Shown here one piece after another: positions 19,005 through 30,968 of a stretch of DNA of 64,000 nucleotides (positions are counted from its first letter, which is position 1; each line of letters starts with the position of its first letter). The notes under the pieces were generated by a model. That model made no database searches, was not told the DNA's origin, and saw nothing but the letters and a program-made list of their open reading frames with translations. The stretch comes from an uncultured Actinomycetes bacterium. GTDB lineage: Bacteria > Actinomycetota > UBA4738 > HRBIN12. The stretch covers positions 980,711 to 1,044,710 of the forward strand of contig OY969934.1 of the NCBI GenBank assembly GCA_963704725.1, in the 5' to 3' direction. Position numbers and translations under genes: made by a program.

Positions 19005-22000
19005 ATGCTGAAGCTGCGCCGTGCCTCTCACCACCTGGACGAGTCACGCTCCTGGCGCGCTCATCTACGTCAGGCGGCGTGCATTGCCAGCCTTGCCCTC
19101 ATCGCCGGAACGTTCCCTGCCGTGACCGCAACCGCCGACCCACAGGTGACGCCGGCGGACCAGCAGGTCCTCCTCGCCGAGCCCGGTCCTCCTCCCAAGG
19201 CCCTCACCGATGCCGACCGCATTCCTCCACTTGCCGCCCTGGACGAGGACGGTCAACGCAACCCGGAATCGGTTGCGCTCGTCCTGCCAGACGAGCTGGC
19301 GACGGCCTCGCCCGGTGACGAGACGGCCGATGCGAGCGCCCAGGGCATCGTCCCCGTGCCTGAGCAAAGCGCTCCCACCGTCGACGTGTTCGCGTTCGGC
19401 GATCCGGACGCCGCACACGCCGCCGTGGTCTCCACCGTCCCGGTGAACACACAGGCCGCGGACGGAACCTGGCAGGATGTCCAGCTCGCGCCGGAGCCCG
19501 GTCAGGGCTGGACGGCGACGATCCCCAACGGTTCGCTGCTGTTCCCGGAGAAGCTCACATCCGAGACCCCGGTTCAGGCCACGTTTGGGCCCTTCACGAT
19601 CGGCACGTCGCCCATCGAGTCCGACGCGAGCGCCGTCGGGGGCATCGTCGCAGATGATCGGCCCGGCTCGATCACCTATCCGGAGGTCCTGGTCGCGACG
19701 GACTTCGTCTACTCGGCCACGGCTGCGGGATACGAGGAATTCGTCGTCTTGAAGGACAAGAGCGCATCGTCGACCGTGTCGTGGACGATCGAGGCGCCGG
19801 GACTGGCGCTCGCGCTCGGCGAGGGCGGCGACATCGTGGTCCTTGACGGGAAGGACGCCGTCAGCGTCATCCCGCCGGCCGTGTCGTGGGACTCCTCCTT
19901 GCCGCCGCGGATCGACAAGGCGCCGTACACGTTGACGCAGACCGGCGAGGGGCGCTTCGAGATGGGCGTCGCTCTCGACCCCGCCTTCCTCGCCGCGGCC
20001 ACCTATCCGATCACGATCGACCCCGGATACCAGTACCAGTTCGCCCAGGACAACGACGACACCTACGTGGACTCGAGCACCCCCGATACCGACTACCGAG
20101 ATGCCTGGCTTCAGGTCGCAAACGGCGGCCCCGAGCGGCGGGCGTTCGTGCGCTTCGACACGGCCGACCTCCGGCGCGACGACCGCATCGTCTACGAGGC
20201 ACGGCTCGACCTGTACGTGTGGGAGGCGACGGAGAACGCCCCCGCCGTGGACGTGCGTCGCGCGACCCAGGCCTGGCCCGACCCGCTCACGTGGAACACG
20301 CAGCCGTCGGTGGATCCAGACGTCCTTGACTCGGCGAGCTGCGCGTTCTGCCTCGGGTGGATGAGCTTCGACGTCTCGGCCGCCTACCAGCACTTCCTGC
20401 AGAGCGACATCGCCGAGCCCTGGTCCGATGATGGACTTCGGGCCTCGACCGACGGGGCGACCTCGTACCTGTTCCGCTCCGCCGAGAGCGTCGGCGGGCC
20501 GACGCTCTCGCTTTCGTGGAACGACCTGCCGCACGCCCCCTTGCTCGACACCCCGGCGGACGAGTACGTCTTCGAGGACGACACGCCCACGCTGAAGGTT
20601 CAGGGCGGGCAGGACTGGCCGAGCGATCCGAACAGCGACGTCGTCCTCGTGCAGTTCCAGATCTCCGACGACGGGCAGGACTTCACCGGAAACCATATCG
20701 TCTGGGAGAGCCCGTGGCTCGACTCGCGTTCCTACGTCGTGCCCTCGGGGATCCTCACGGACGGCCAGACCTACTACTGGCGGGCCCGCTCGTGGGACGC
20801 CTGCTACTCGAGCCCCGCCTACCAGATGTGTTCGTACACGGACGCCCTCGGCGCCGAGCACGAGCGCAAAGCGACCGGCGTCCGCTCGTTCACCGTGGTG
20901 ATGAAGCACCTCGGCAAGGACGAGCGGTGGGCCATGTGGTCCCACGACCTCGGCAACGGCATGGACCTGAACGTGAACGAGTCAAACGGCAACCTGTTCC
21001 TGGACGTCCCCCTCGACTCCCTCGCCACCCCAGTGGGCGACCTCAGCATCGGCCTGTCGTACAACTCCCAGCAGGAGGCGGACTACGGCCTGTCGCCGGG
21101 CTGGGACGTCGCGATCGGGGCCGCCGGGTCGCTGCGGGATCTGCCGATCGATCTCGTCAAGCTGGACGACTTCCCCGACAACGGCGTGAAGGTCCGGTTC
21201 CGGGGTGGCCGGACCTCCTACTTCCCCCACCGCGATCACCACGTCTTCGCCACGGTCACCGCCGGGGCGGGCACCATCCGGCAGAACGCCGATGGTGGAT
21301 TCACGTTCGTGTCGCCGGGCGGCGACCGGTACGAGTTTTCACAAGCCGGCCGGCTCCTTTCGGCCAACCCGGTGGCCACGAACCTGGCCTCCGGCGCGAA
21401 TGCGATCAGCTACGTCTACAAGGAACCGAGCTCGACCACGTGACCGACCCTCTCGGCAGGCGGCTGGACCTGACGTGGGCGGGTGGCCAGCTCACCTCGA
21501 TCCAGACCTGGGCCGGTCAGGCCTGGACCATCGACTACAACCCGAACAACGGCCGGCTCCAGGACGTCTCGGTCCAGGTCACGAACCCGAGCACCACCCA
21601 GACGCGGACGGAGACGGTCGGCTTCTCCTACTTCATCGGGGCCCAACGCCCAGGAGGACTCCTTGCCGAGATCGACGACGGCGAGACGTTCACCGGCGGC
21701 CGTGACGGCTGGACGGTGGAGTACTCGGAGGACTCCGAAGAGAACTGGCGGGTCTCGACGCTCACCCCGCCGCCGGGCGGCGGGCCTGAGCCGCTCTCCT
21801 CCTGGGTCTTCCAGTACCTCGGCGACGTCATGGGCTCCACCGCGGCGACGGCGTGCGTGACCGACCCGCTGGGGACCGCGGACACGCAGGGTGAGATCAC
21901 CTGCGACCAGGCGCATCAGACGATCGTCGACTTCAACTGGGCGGGCTTTCCCGTCCGCATCGCGGGCCCCGCAGACCAGACGGGGTACTGGCCCGTCCGG

Positions 22001-25000
22001 ACCTTCGTGTGGGACTCGAACAACAACCTCCTCTGCCGGCGCGAGCCGGCCGCCAACGCCGTGAACGAGATCTCCGGCGCGAACCTGTGTCAAAGCGACA
22101 AGCTCTCGACCGTCTACGCCTACGAGTCGGAGGCGCCGTTCCGGCTCCTTGTGACGACGCATCCCTCCGCCAAGCCCGACGGGAGCTCGGAGCGGCTGAA
22201 GGACGCCTACCAGTACGACTCCGACACCAACGGCGCGAACTTCAACGGCCTGTGGGTGGAGAAGTACGAGAACGCCAACCTGTCCGGGATCCCGGCGGAT
22301 GAGTCCGTGTGGACCAACTTCGACGCGAACTGGGGGAGCGGCTCGCCGCCCGGACTCACCAGCACCGACGGGTTCAGCCTGAGGTGGACGGGGCTCATCG
22401 ACACGCGGTCGAGCTGGTACAACCTGGAGAAGGTCTTCTTCCGGATCACCACCGCGGATGAGGGCGTCACGCTCATCGTCGACAACAAGGTGCTCCTGGA
22501 CTGCTTCGGCACGACTCAGCCCGCCGGGACGTTCAACTGCGGCACGAACCAGGACGTGTTCAAGATGCTCGACGCCGGCCAGCATCCCATCACCATCGAG
22601 TACTCCGATCCCTCCGGTCTGGCCTCGTTCAATCTGCAGTGGATGGTGACGCAGGGGAGCTTCGGCCCGATCCCCACCTCCCGGCTCCAGACGAACCTCG
22701 GCCTGCTCACGCTGCAGCAGACCAGGCGCGTGTACTCAAGTGGCTCGGACGCCGCGTTCTTCCTGAAGACCGCCTACACCTTCCCCGACGACAACGCCAA
22801 GGCCCGGCACATCCCGGACTCGGTCGCCGTGACCGACCTGGACCCCAACCCTGACGTCGTCCGCAAGACCGCCTACACCTACAACGCCTTCGGCCAGGTC
22901 CGCACGACGACGACCGCCGCGGCGACCTCGCTGGCCGCGACGACCACGTACGACTACACGAACGAGGACCCGGTCTCGTGCCTGAGCTCCGTGGAGGAGC
23001 CGGACGGCGCCACGACGGAGTACGAGTGCGACGCGGCGGGCGATGTCACCCTAACCACCCAGATCGTGCGGACCGTTGCGGGAACGAACCAGACCGAGCA
23101 GGAGCGGTCGACATCGACCGAGTACGACACGCTCGGCCGCGTCACCTCGGTCACCTCGCCGTGGGGCGGATCCACGACCACGAGCTACGACCTCGCAGGC
23201 CGGGTCGCCACGGTCGATCAGTACCTGGGCCCCGGTGCCGGCCACGACGCCGATGCCATCACCGGGTACGAATACGACGACGCCGGGCATCTGCTCACCG
23301 AGACCCTGCCGGAGGTCGCGGACCCGGAGAACCCGGGCTCCGAGGTGGCCCCAGTGATCCAGCACGCCTACGACTGGCTCGACGACGAGGTCGGCACGAC
23401 CGACGTCCGCGGGCAGGAGTGGAGCTACGCCTACGACGCGTTCCGGCGCGTGATCGAGACCGAGAGCCCGTCCGGGCTCATCGCCGAGAGCGAGTACCGG
23501 CTGGCGAGCGCGCCGTCCGGTGGCACCGAGCAGCACCAGGTCACGACGTGGTCGCCTCCCGGCCACACTGGCGGCGTTCCGACCGTGACCGTCCTCAACC
23601 TGTTCGACCGACCCAGAACCGAGCAGACCGGCACCCTGGCGGCCCGCAGCTTCCTCTACGACGTGCAGAACAACGTCACGAGGGTCACCGAGCCCTCCGG
23701 CGTCTACACGACCTACTCCTACAATCGCTTCGGCGATGAGACGTCGATGTCGGAGTACCAGCTGCTGGCCACGACGACGTACGCGTACGACGCGGCGGGG
23801 CGTTTGCAGCGGGTCGACGGGCCGCGGGTCTCGACCGACGCCGACGATTCGGTCAACTACGCCTACGATGAGCAGGGCCGACTGGAGACGGTGACGCAGA
23901 ACGGGATCACGCTGCCCGGCGCCTCCTCACCCGGCGTGAGCACGACGTATGTGTGGAACGACGCCGACGAGCGGATCCAGGTCGTCCAGCCCATGAGCAC
24001 GACGCAGACGATGGTCCGCGACTGGATGAGCGATCCGGCCTCGGGCACCTCCACGTACGAGGACGCCCGGGGAACGACGACCTCGACCCACGACCTCTCG
24101 GGGCGGGTCACGAGCGTGGACGACCCTCGCGGCATCACCCTGCACTTCGAGTTCGACAACCAGGGCAGGCTGATCCGGCGCTACGGCGAGGACGGCCAGA
24201 CCACCGTCGACGACCAGAGCCTCGGATACGACCTGGCGGGCAACCAGATCTCGGCGACGGTGGTCGCCGCGAACACGACGATCGCGACGGACTTCGACGA
24301 CGACGGACGGGCGTGGCACGTCTACCAGGACAGCTACCCGAGCCCCACGACCACCTACGCATACGATCCCTCCACCGGCCGACCCTCCTCGATCACCGAT
24401 GCGGCGGGGACCACGTCCTACGCGTTCAACGCCAACGGCCTGCTGGCCGAGGTCACCGATCCGTTCGCCTCGACCCACGTCGTCTACGGGTACGACGCCT
24501 ACGGCCGCGTGACCAAGCGAACCGACGGGAGCGGGCTGTGCTGGACCCAGACGTATGACTCAAGGAGCGGCCTGCCCGACATCCGGCGCATCCGCCAGGG
24601 CGGCACCGGCTGCGGCGGTACGGTGCTCGCCACGTTCGACCTCGGCTTCGACAAGGCGGCGAACGTGCTGAGCCGTTCCGAGACGATCACCGGCAACTCC
24701 TTCGGCGGCAACTACACGTACACGTACGACGGGGCGAACCGGCTGATGAGCGTGACCGGCCCCGCCGCCTTCGGCTCGCGGACGTACGCCTTCGACGGGG
24801 CGTCCAACCGAACGAGCGTCCAGGTCGGCACCGGCACGCCCACCACGACCAGCTACGACGACGCCGGCCTGCCCACCACGTCCTCCGACGGCACCACGTA
24901 CACCCACGACGCCTCGGGCGACCTCACGGGCATCGACCGGCCGGGCACGGCGAATGACTGGCTGTACGGCTACAGCTCCTGGAACCAGCTCGAGGTGGCC

Positions 25001-26221
25001 GAGCACACCCAGGGTGCCGCCGAGGTGACCTACACCCTGGACGCCCTGGGCCGGGTGCTGTCTCGGACCTCGGGCGGGACCACGGCCTCCTACACCTACC
25101 AGGGCACCGGCGAGAGACTTGCTAGCGCGAGCGTGGGTGGGACGACGACAATGTACGCGTACGTGCCGTCCGGCCCGCTCGCCGAGCGAACGGGGACGAC
25201 CACCCGCTACTACCTGCGTGATCAGCACGGGGACACCGTAGGGTTGGCCAACACCTCGGCCGCCCTTGCCGGGACGAGGCTGTATGACCCGTGGGGGGAG
25301 GCGCTGCAAGGGACTGGAGAGATGGCGACGGCGCCGGCACAGGGCTCGCTCGGGTTCCAGTCCCAGCTCACCGACGCCTCGACCGGGCAGGTCGACATGC
25401 TCACGCGGATGTATGAGCCGGGGCTCGGACGGTTTAGCTCCAGGGATGCGCTGTTTGGTGACGCATCAAACCCCGTTTCCCTGAACCAGTTCGGCTACGG
25501 ATCCGCAAGCCCCGTGACCCTGTCCGATCCGACCGGACTATATCCAGTTGGGTACGACGGGTCCGGAGGGGACTGCGGAGATGCGTGCGCCAACCCTCAG
25601 CAGTACGGCTACAACAGGGGTGATCCGCCATCCGTGAACGCTCCCGATCCCCTCCCTCCAGCATCGACACAGATGCCGACAGTTACGGTGGACTGGACGC
25701 AGACCCGAACAGCCGAGGGCTGGTCGCCGTACATTGTTGGGGAAGATTTCTTGACTGCGTTTGCCCGCTTTATCACTGGGTGGAGTTGCGAACTCGAGGG
25801 ATGCGCGCCAATCAACCCCGGTTCAATCGGTGTTGGTGTCGTGGCACAACTTACTTACCGGAGCTTCATGCGAAGCAGACCCAATGGTTGGCAACTCTCG
25901 ATTCTCGTTGTCGCCGACACACGTCGCCTGAACCCCGAATCAGGTTTTGAGCTTCAGTCCCTAGAACTGCACATCCGGGGCAAGGGGGGCGCCCAGCTTC
26001 TGGGGAGCTATTCGAAGGAGTATGTCACGACAGCCGATGGCCCTGGCTACCTGTACCACGTCCATGTCGCAACTGGCTCTCCTCAACCCGCGACGATCGT
26101 CGCCTCGGTTACGGCAGGGCCAAGTGAAGGAGCGGCAGGTCCCATCGAGGCCGTGACGCAGGTCTACTTCGACCCAATGCCGACTGGGCCCTTGCCGCCG
26201 CAAGAGATTCCACCATGGTAA
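19005..26221 (+). CDS. RHS/YD-repeat polymorphic toxin with signal peptide, PA14-like insert and variable C-terminal toxin domain; interrupted by a frameshift near 21420-21443
   Basis: ATG at 19005 with AAAGGAAT upstream, and a signal-peptide-like N-terminus. There are dozens of YD repeats (YxYDxxGRL, VTDPLG...). PA14-like segment GLWVEKYENANLSGIP...ITIEYSD. RHS core end MYEPGLGRFSSRD...DPTGL sits at about 25526-25540, followed by a roughly 225-aa low-GC tip. Confidence 0.85.
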
Positions 26222-26241
26222 CGACTAAGGGGAGCAGACCT

Positions 26242-27051
26242 ATGGGAGTCCGGACAGTGGGGATCTTGCTCATGACGGGTGCAGCATTGATGACAGCTTG
26301 TGCGAGGGACGGTCGTGTCATCGCGCCCGCGGCTGCCTTGCGGTCGAGCGTGCTTTCGTGTACGGCGGGATCAGCTGGATCCAAAACGGTTGCCATCGAG
26401 TTGGAACCGACTCCCCAGACCCCGCCGGCTGTGGCCGCGCTCATCCCCCACCTCCGGCTCTCCAGCTATAACTACAGATCGTCCTCCGCACCAGCCGCCG
26501 ATGCGACATCGGTACTGCCGGTTCCACTCCCGTCGGGGGCTGGCAACGTCCTCGATCTGTCGACAACGGATGCATCGGTTCAAGATGCGCCGCCGCCAGT
26601 TGCGCTGATTCCGACCGAGGGGAACCGATACGCGGATCTGATCCTCGCGGGCTTGCTAATGGTTCACGAAGCCGAGATTGCATTGAGGGGCGACTCACTC
26701 GAAAGGCTCCTTGGGGTGTCGGTGGACATGCCGATCGGAACCGCAACCGTAAATGACGTCCACATTGCGGGAGAGCAAGTGACCGTGACCGTCAGTTTGG
26801 ATTGGGTCGACGGTCTCGGCGGCAGTTCTGCATTTCAGCCGAGAGTGAGCATCGTGCCTGCCTTTGGACCTGGAGGCGCACCTCTCGGGGATATCGGCGT
26901 CGATTTCAATGGCGCGTCGAGTCAATCACTGCGCTTTCGCTTGCCAGTTGGGCGTCAAGATGATCCAGTCGCTCTGCGCTTGAGCGATTTCGGCGTCGAG
27001 TACGCGGCGTCCGTGCGCGTCACAGGCATCGGGCAAGCATGCGGGGGATGA
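26242..27051 (+). CDS. lipoprotein encoded immediately downstream of the RHS toxin tip (candidate cognate immunity/partner protein)
   Basis: ATG with AAGGGGAG RBS 20 nt after the rhs stop. Signal peptide plus lipobox (LLMTGAALMTAC). Same low GC as the toxin tip. Confidence 0.5.
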   Translation: MGVRTVGILLMTGAALMTACARDGRVIAPAAALRSSVLSCTAGSAGSKTVAIELEPTPQTPPAVAALIPHLRLSSYNYRSSSAPAADATSVLPVPLPSGAGNVLDLSTTDASVQDAPPPVALIPTEGNRYADLILAGLLMVHEAEIALRGDSLERLLGVSVDMPIGTATVNDVHIAGEQVTVTVSLDWVDGLGGSSAFQPRVSIVPAFGPGGAPLGDIGVDFNGASSQSLRFRLPVGRQDDPVALRLSDFGVEYAASVRVTGIGQACGG

Positions 27052-27084
27052 GTCCCCGAGTCCGGGGTGGCCGAGCGCACCCAG

Positions 27085-27260
27085 GACGACTTGACCTGCG
27101 CCCTGGACGCGCTGGGTTGGAAGCTCACGCGGACCTCGGGGTGACCTTACGGGTACACACGCCAGGGGACGAGAAGACTTGGCCGGCGCGGGGGTTGGGT
27201 GGGACGACGCCCAACTATCCGCACATGCCGGCGGGCGGACTCGCCAAGCAGTCCTAGGCT
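27085..27260 (+). pseudogene. vestigial RHS core fragment (orphan rhs remnant)
   Basis: Nucleotide similarity to 25010-25200 of the main rhs gene (...ccctggacgc.ctggg...cggacctcggg...gggtgggacgac...). Broken by stops and frameshifts. Confidence 0.5.
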
Positions 27261-27491
27261 GTCGGTCAAGATCACATCGCTAACTCGCCCGCGCTAAGGA
27301 CGGAGTTGAGGAGTCGGCCCACCGCACCGTCGCACTCATGCATCGAGGTCCACGTCCGTGATCAGCCTTCGGACCTGGGCCACCAGAATGCGCCAGGAGT
27401 TCGAGTAGCGTCCCTTCAGGTCCACGCGACCTTCCGGTGCCGGTCTTCGTGTCTGCGAGCGGAAGGGCACCGGCCGAACATCGCGGGGTCG

Positions 27492-28783
27492 CTAGGGACC
27501 CAGGAGCGCGGCGGGGACGACCCCTATCCCGTCACGTCGGCGGTACGCGGCATCGCCAGTGCTTACGACGACAGCGTCGAGCAGATCTTCGCCTATCCGA
27601 TCACGCAACCACAGAAGGTCCCGAACGTCGTCGTCGCGAATGGTCTGCGCCAGCTTCACCTCGATGCCGACGACCCGCCCATCAGCGCGCTCGATGATGA
27701 GATCGACTTCATGCTCCCCTGAGGCGGTGCGAAGGTGTCTCGTCGTGGCTTCGGCCGCCTGCGCAAAGACACGAACGTTGAGCGTCACGAGGGACTCGAA
27801 CAGCGAGCCGAGGAACGTCCCGTCACGCGGGATCGGTGGACCAACGGGTTCGGCCTCGAGGAGGGCCTGTCGATCGATGCCGAGCAGCCGTGCCGCTAGG
27901 GCGGGGTCGAGGAGCTGGTGCTTCGGGGGGACGAGAGGCGTCGCAGATGGCTGCGAGTCGGGAGCCATGCCGGCACCGGATCGACGATCCATAGCCTCTC
28001 GAGCACGGTGCGGTAGGGAAGCGTCGCCTTTCGGGTCGGCTTCTCGGTCTCTCCACTTGTCGCCGCATCTCGGATCTTCTCGAACGAGGTCGTCGTCGAG
28101 GAGGCGGCTGCGTATGCGGTCATCCAGCTTCGGAGCGTCTCCGGTCTGCGCACCCGATGACCCATCTCATCGAAGTCGTGGTCGACGATGCGCTGCAGAT
28201 AGCCATCGAGTTGAGACCGAAGCGCACGGCCGGAGAGACCGCGCAGCCCCGGGAAGCCTGAGGCGAGTATCTCGTCTACGTAGTCTTCGAGTCGAAGCCT
28301 GGTGCTGCCCTCCAGGTCAGGACGCCTTCCTCCGAGGATCTCGCTCAGGCTGACCGTTGGCGTCGCGATCTCGCGCTCCGGGAGGGTCATCGTTCGCAGC
28401 CGGACCGTGACGATCCGCGCCGCACCCGAGTGAGTTGATGGCTTCTCGGGAGAGGCAGATCCGGTCAGCAGGTATGAGGCGGGGCGCTCGGTTCCGTGTT
28501 CGTCGACCGCACGGCGAACGAGATCCCACGATTCCGGCAGTCGTTGCCACTCGTCGATGAGCACCGGAGGAGGGCCGTCCAGCAACCGATGTGGGTCCGC
28601 CACCGCAACGCTGTACTGCGACGGATCGTCGAGGCGGTGGATGGTCGCCGCCCGCCGAGAGGCCGTGGCCGTCTTCCCGACGGCCTTGGCTCCTTCCACG
28701 GCGATGGCAGGGAGCTCACGCAGCAGTTCGTCGAGCTCATCGTCCACGATGCGCCGGATGTACCGGTCGACGGTGTCTGTCAT
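27492..28783 (-). pseudogene. AAA_14 / DUF4143 ATPase gene split by a -1 frameshift in a homopolymer run
   Basis: N-terminal ORF 27896-28783 carries a P-loop (GAKAVGKT, Walker A). C-terminal ORF 27492-27992 is the DUF4143 part (PKHQLLDPALAARLLG...EVDLIIERADGRVVGIEVK). The frames can be joined at the run G6 (27925-27930, plus strand). Confidence 0.6.
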
Positions 28784-28990
28784 GTGCGAAGGATACTACT
28801 AGGACGCCTAGAAGGCTACAGAAATGACGAGCACTGGGGAACAGAACGGTCGACCTCTGGTTCCGCGCACCGATCGATCAAACGACGACGGCCACCTGGG
28901 AGAACACGAGGGCGTTGCCTCAGACCAGCGATGGCCCGTAGACAAGCCGCGGCATCCGGTCCGAGCTGCCCGGGGCAGTCGCGAAACAGG

Positions 28991-30163
28991 TCACCTGTTG
29001 AGTTGTCGAGCCAGGTCCTCGAACATGTCGGCGATTTCGATGCGGGAAAGCCCTTCAGGCATCCCCATGGCAGGTCCGTACGCCAGGTTCAAGAAGCAGC
29101 CGAGCACCACGTCGACCTCCGATGCGTCCGCGTCAAGGGAATGCCACGAAGCGTAGTCGCCAGCCGGCTTCGGCTCCCGACGAAGACGCGGAGAGAAGGC
29201 CCGCGCCGTATCCACCTTGCCGACCAGGACATCGAACTCGTCTTCGCCCAGATCATCGATGGTGTGGTCAGTGACTCTCGCCCACGTTTCGAAGAGCTCC
29301 GGGCTGCCTCGCAACTCGAAGGCCTTGGGCGCGAGCTCCATGGTGGTACGTGCGACTTGGAGCGCTTCCCGTAGCACGTCTCGGGCGCCGAGACGTGATT
29401 GCATCCGGCTCCGATGGAGACCCTGGGCAATGAGAAGCGCCGTGGCGCCATCGCGCGCTTGCAAGTCCGGATCGGCGCCGTTCGCCAGGAGGATGCAGAC
29501 GACCGAATCATGACCCCGCTCCACAGCGTGCATCAAGGCTGTCCGACCTGCCTCATCCATTGCGTTTGCGTCGGCGCCCGCTTGGAGCAGCGTATCGATC
29601 CCTGCCGGGTCGTTGAGTCGAGCAGCGAGGACAACGATCGGCGTGCCGTCTCCTCGTCTCTCGTTGGGATCTTCCCTACCTGAGAGGAGGACTCTGAGGA
29701 CCGCTGGCACGGCCGTGTGCTCGACCGCGCCGACGATCAGCGGTTCCTCTCGAGGCAGAGCCGCCGCGCCAGCGCCCAAGAGTGCTTCGAGGATCTTGAC
29801 CTTCGACCTCGAATCGGGCGGGGGACGGAGGATCTCGTGAGCGATGCTTCCGCGCTTGTCTCCGAAGTTGGGGTCAGCGCCATGCTCGAGGAGAAGGGAC
29901 ACCACTTCGGCGTGACCGTGGATCGCTGCCGCTCGAAGAGGCGTCCACTCGCGGCCGCTGACCGAGTCTGGAGATGCCCCAGCATTGAGAAGCAGCCGAA
30001 CGATCTCGACCGCTCCGTCCTGAGCCGCTATGGCGAGTGCTGTATTGCCTCGCGGCGGCGCGGGAAGATTGGGATCGGATCCAGAGCGGAGAGCGCGACC
30101 GACCCCCTCCAGGTCGTTGGCTCGAACAGCGTCCACGAGTTCGTCGCTTTCCACAAGAACCAT
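28991..30163 (-). CDS. ankyrin-repeat protein
   Basis: At least 5 ANK repeats (GNTALAIAAQDGAVEIVRLLLNAGASPD; WTPLRAAAIHGHAEVVSLLLEHGADPN; GRTALMHAVERGHDSVVCILLANGADPD ...). Lower GC than the chromosome background. Confidence 0.7.
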   Translation of the reverse strand: MVLVESDELVDAVRANDLEGVGRALRSGSDPNLPAPPRGNTALAIAAQDGAVEIVRLLLNAGASPDSVSGREWTPLRAAAIHGHAEVVSLLLEHGADPNFGDKRGSIAHEILRPPPDSRSKVKILEALLGAGAAALPREEPLIVGAVEHTAVPAVLRVLLSGREDPNERRGDGTPIVVLAARLNDPAGIDTLLQAGADANAMDEAGRTALMHAVERGHDSVVCILLANGADPDLQARDGATALLIAQGLHRSRMQSRLGARDVLREALQVARTTMELAPKAFELRGSPELFETWARVTDHTIDDLGEDEFDVLVGKVDTARAFSPRLRREPKPAGDYASWHSLDADASEVDVVLGCFLNLAYGPAMGMPEGLSRIEIADMFEDLARQLNR

Positions 30164-30257
30164 CCTAGCGTCGCGTCTCGGGGGTTTGATTACCGTCCGC
30201 TAAACCCCCCTTTCAGCGTGGCAGGCGCGGCCGTCGGGTCGGCCTCCGCCGGGGCAA

Positions 30258-30635
30258 TCAGTACGGAGCCCGCAGCCCCTCGATCATGGGGAAGTGCCGC
30301 ACATTCGTGGTGAGCAGATCTGCCTCGAAGACGATCGCGGTTGCGGCGATCAAGTAGTCGGCGTCGTCGATGCCACTGTGGCTGCGCCTGAGGCGGTGGG
30401 CGAGGGTGCCGGCAGTCCTGCCGATCTCCTCATCGATCGGCGCCCACTCGAGCGAGGAGAAGAATGCCTCCAAGGCCTTCATCTCGGCCTTCCGAACGCC
30501 GGCCAGCAGCTCGAACCGCGTGATCTCGCTTGCGACGAGGGTCTCACCTTCGGAGATCAGGCCGGTGAGCAACTGCGTGGCGGTCGACGCGCCTCGGAGG
30601 TGATCCACGGCGATCGTCGTGTCGATGAGCTTCAC
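30258..30635 (-). CDS. vapC: PIN-domain toxin VapC
   Basis: 125 aa, [15 protein letters not shown]... with acidic PIN residues. Overlaps the vapB stop by 4 nt. Confidence 0.8.
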   Translation of the reverse strand: MKLIDTTIAVDHLRGASTATQLLTGLISEGETLVASEITRFELLAGVRKAEMKALEAFFSSLEWAPIDEEIGRTAGTLAHRLRRSHSGIDDADYLIAATAIVFEADLLTTNVRHFPMIEGLRAPY

Positions 30636-30892
30636 TCGAGGCCGACGCGCCGAAGCCGCTCGTTCAGGTCACCGCGCAAAGCATCCACGTACTCCTCCCC
30701 GGTGAAGCGCCTTCGCTTCCAGCTTGCCGCGCTTCGACGGAGACCCTCCAGGCGGGCCTCCTGCGATGGCTCGCCGAACGTCCTCTGGATCGCGCGACGA
30801 ATCAACTCGGATCGTGAAGCACCGGTCTCCGTGGCCACCTGATCGAGCAGCTCCAGCTCATCCTGACCCAGGTAGACCTGTGTCCGTCCCAT
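30632..30892 (-). CDS. vapB: VapB antitoxin (ribbon-helix-helix/CopG-like)
   Basis: [35 protein letters not shown] has an RHH fold sense. Operon-coupled to vapC. Confidence 0.65.
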   Translation of the reverse strand: MGRTQVYLGQDELELLDQVATETGASRSELIRRAIQRTFGEPSQEARLEGLRRSAASWKRRRFTGEEYVDALRGDLNERLRRVGLE

Positions 30893-30968
30893 GCCGCCAC
30901 TATACACCACATGGTGTACCGGTCTGAATGCGTCGGGTTCGGGCTACGGATGGACGACGGCGGCGCGA

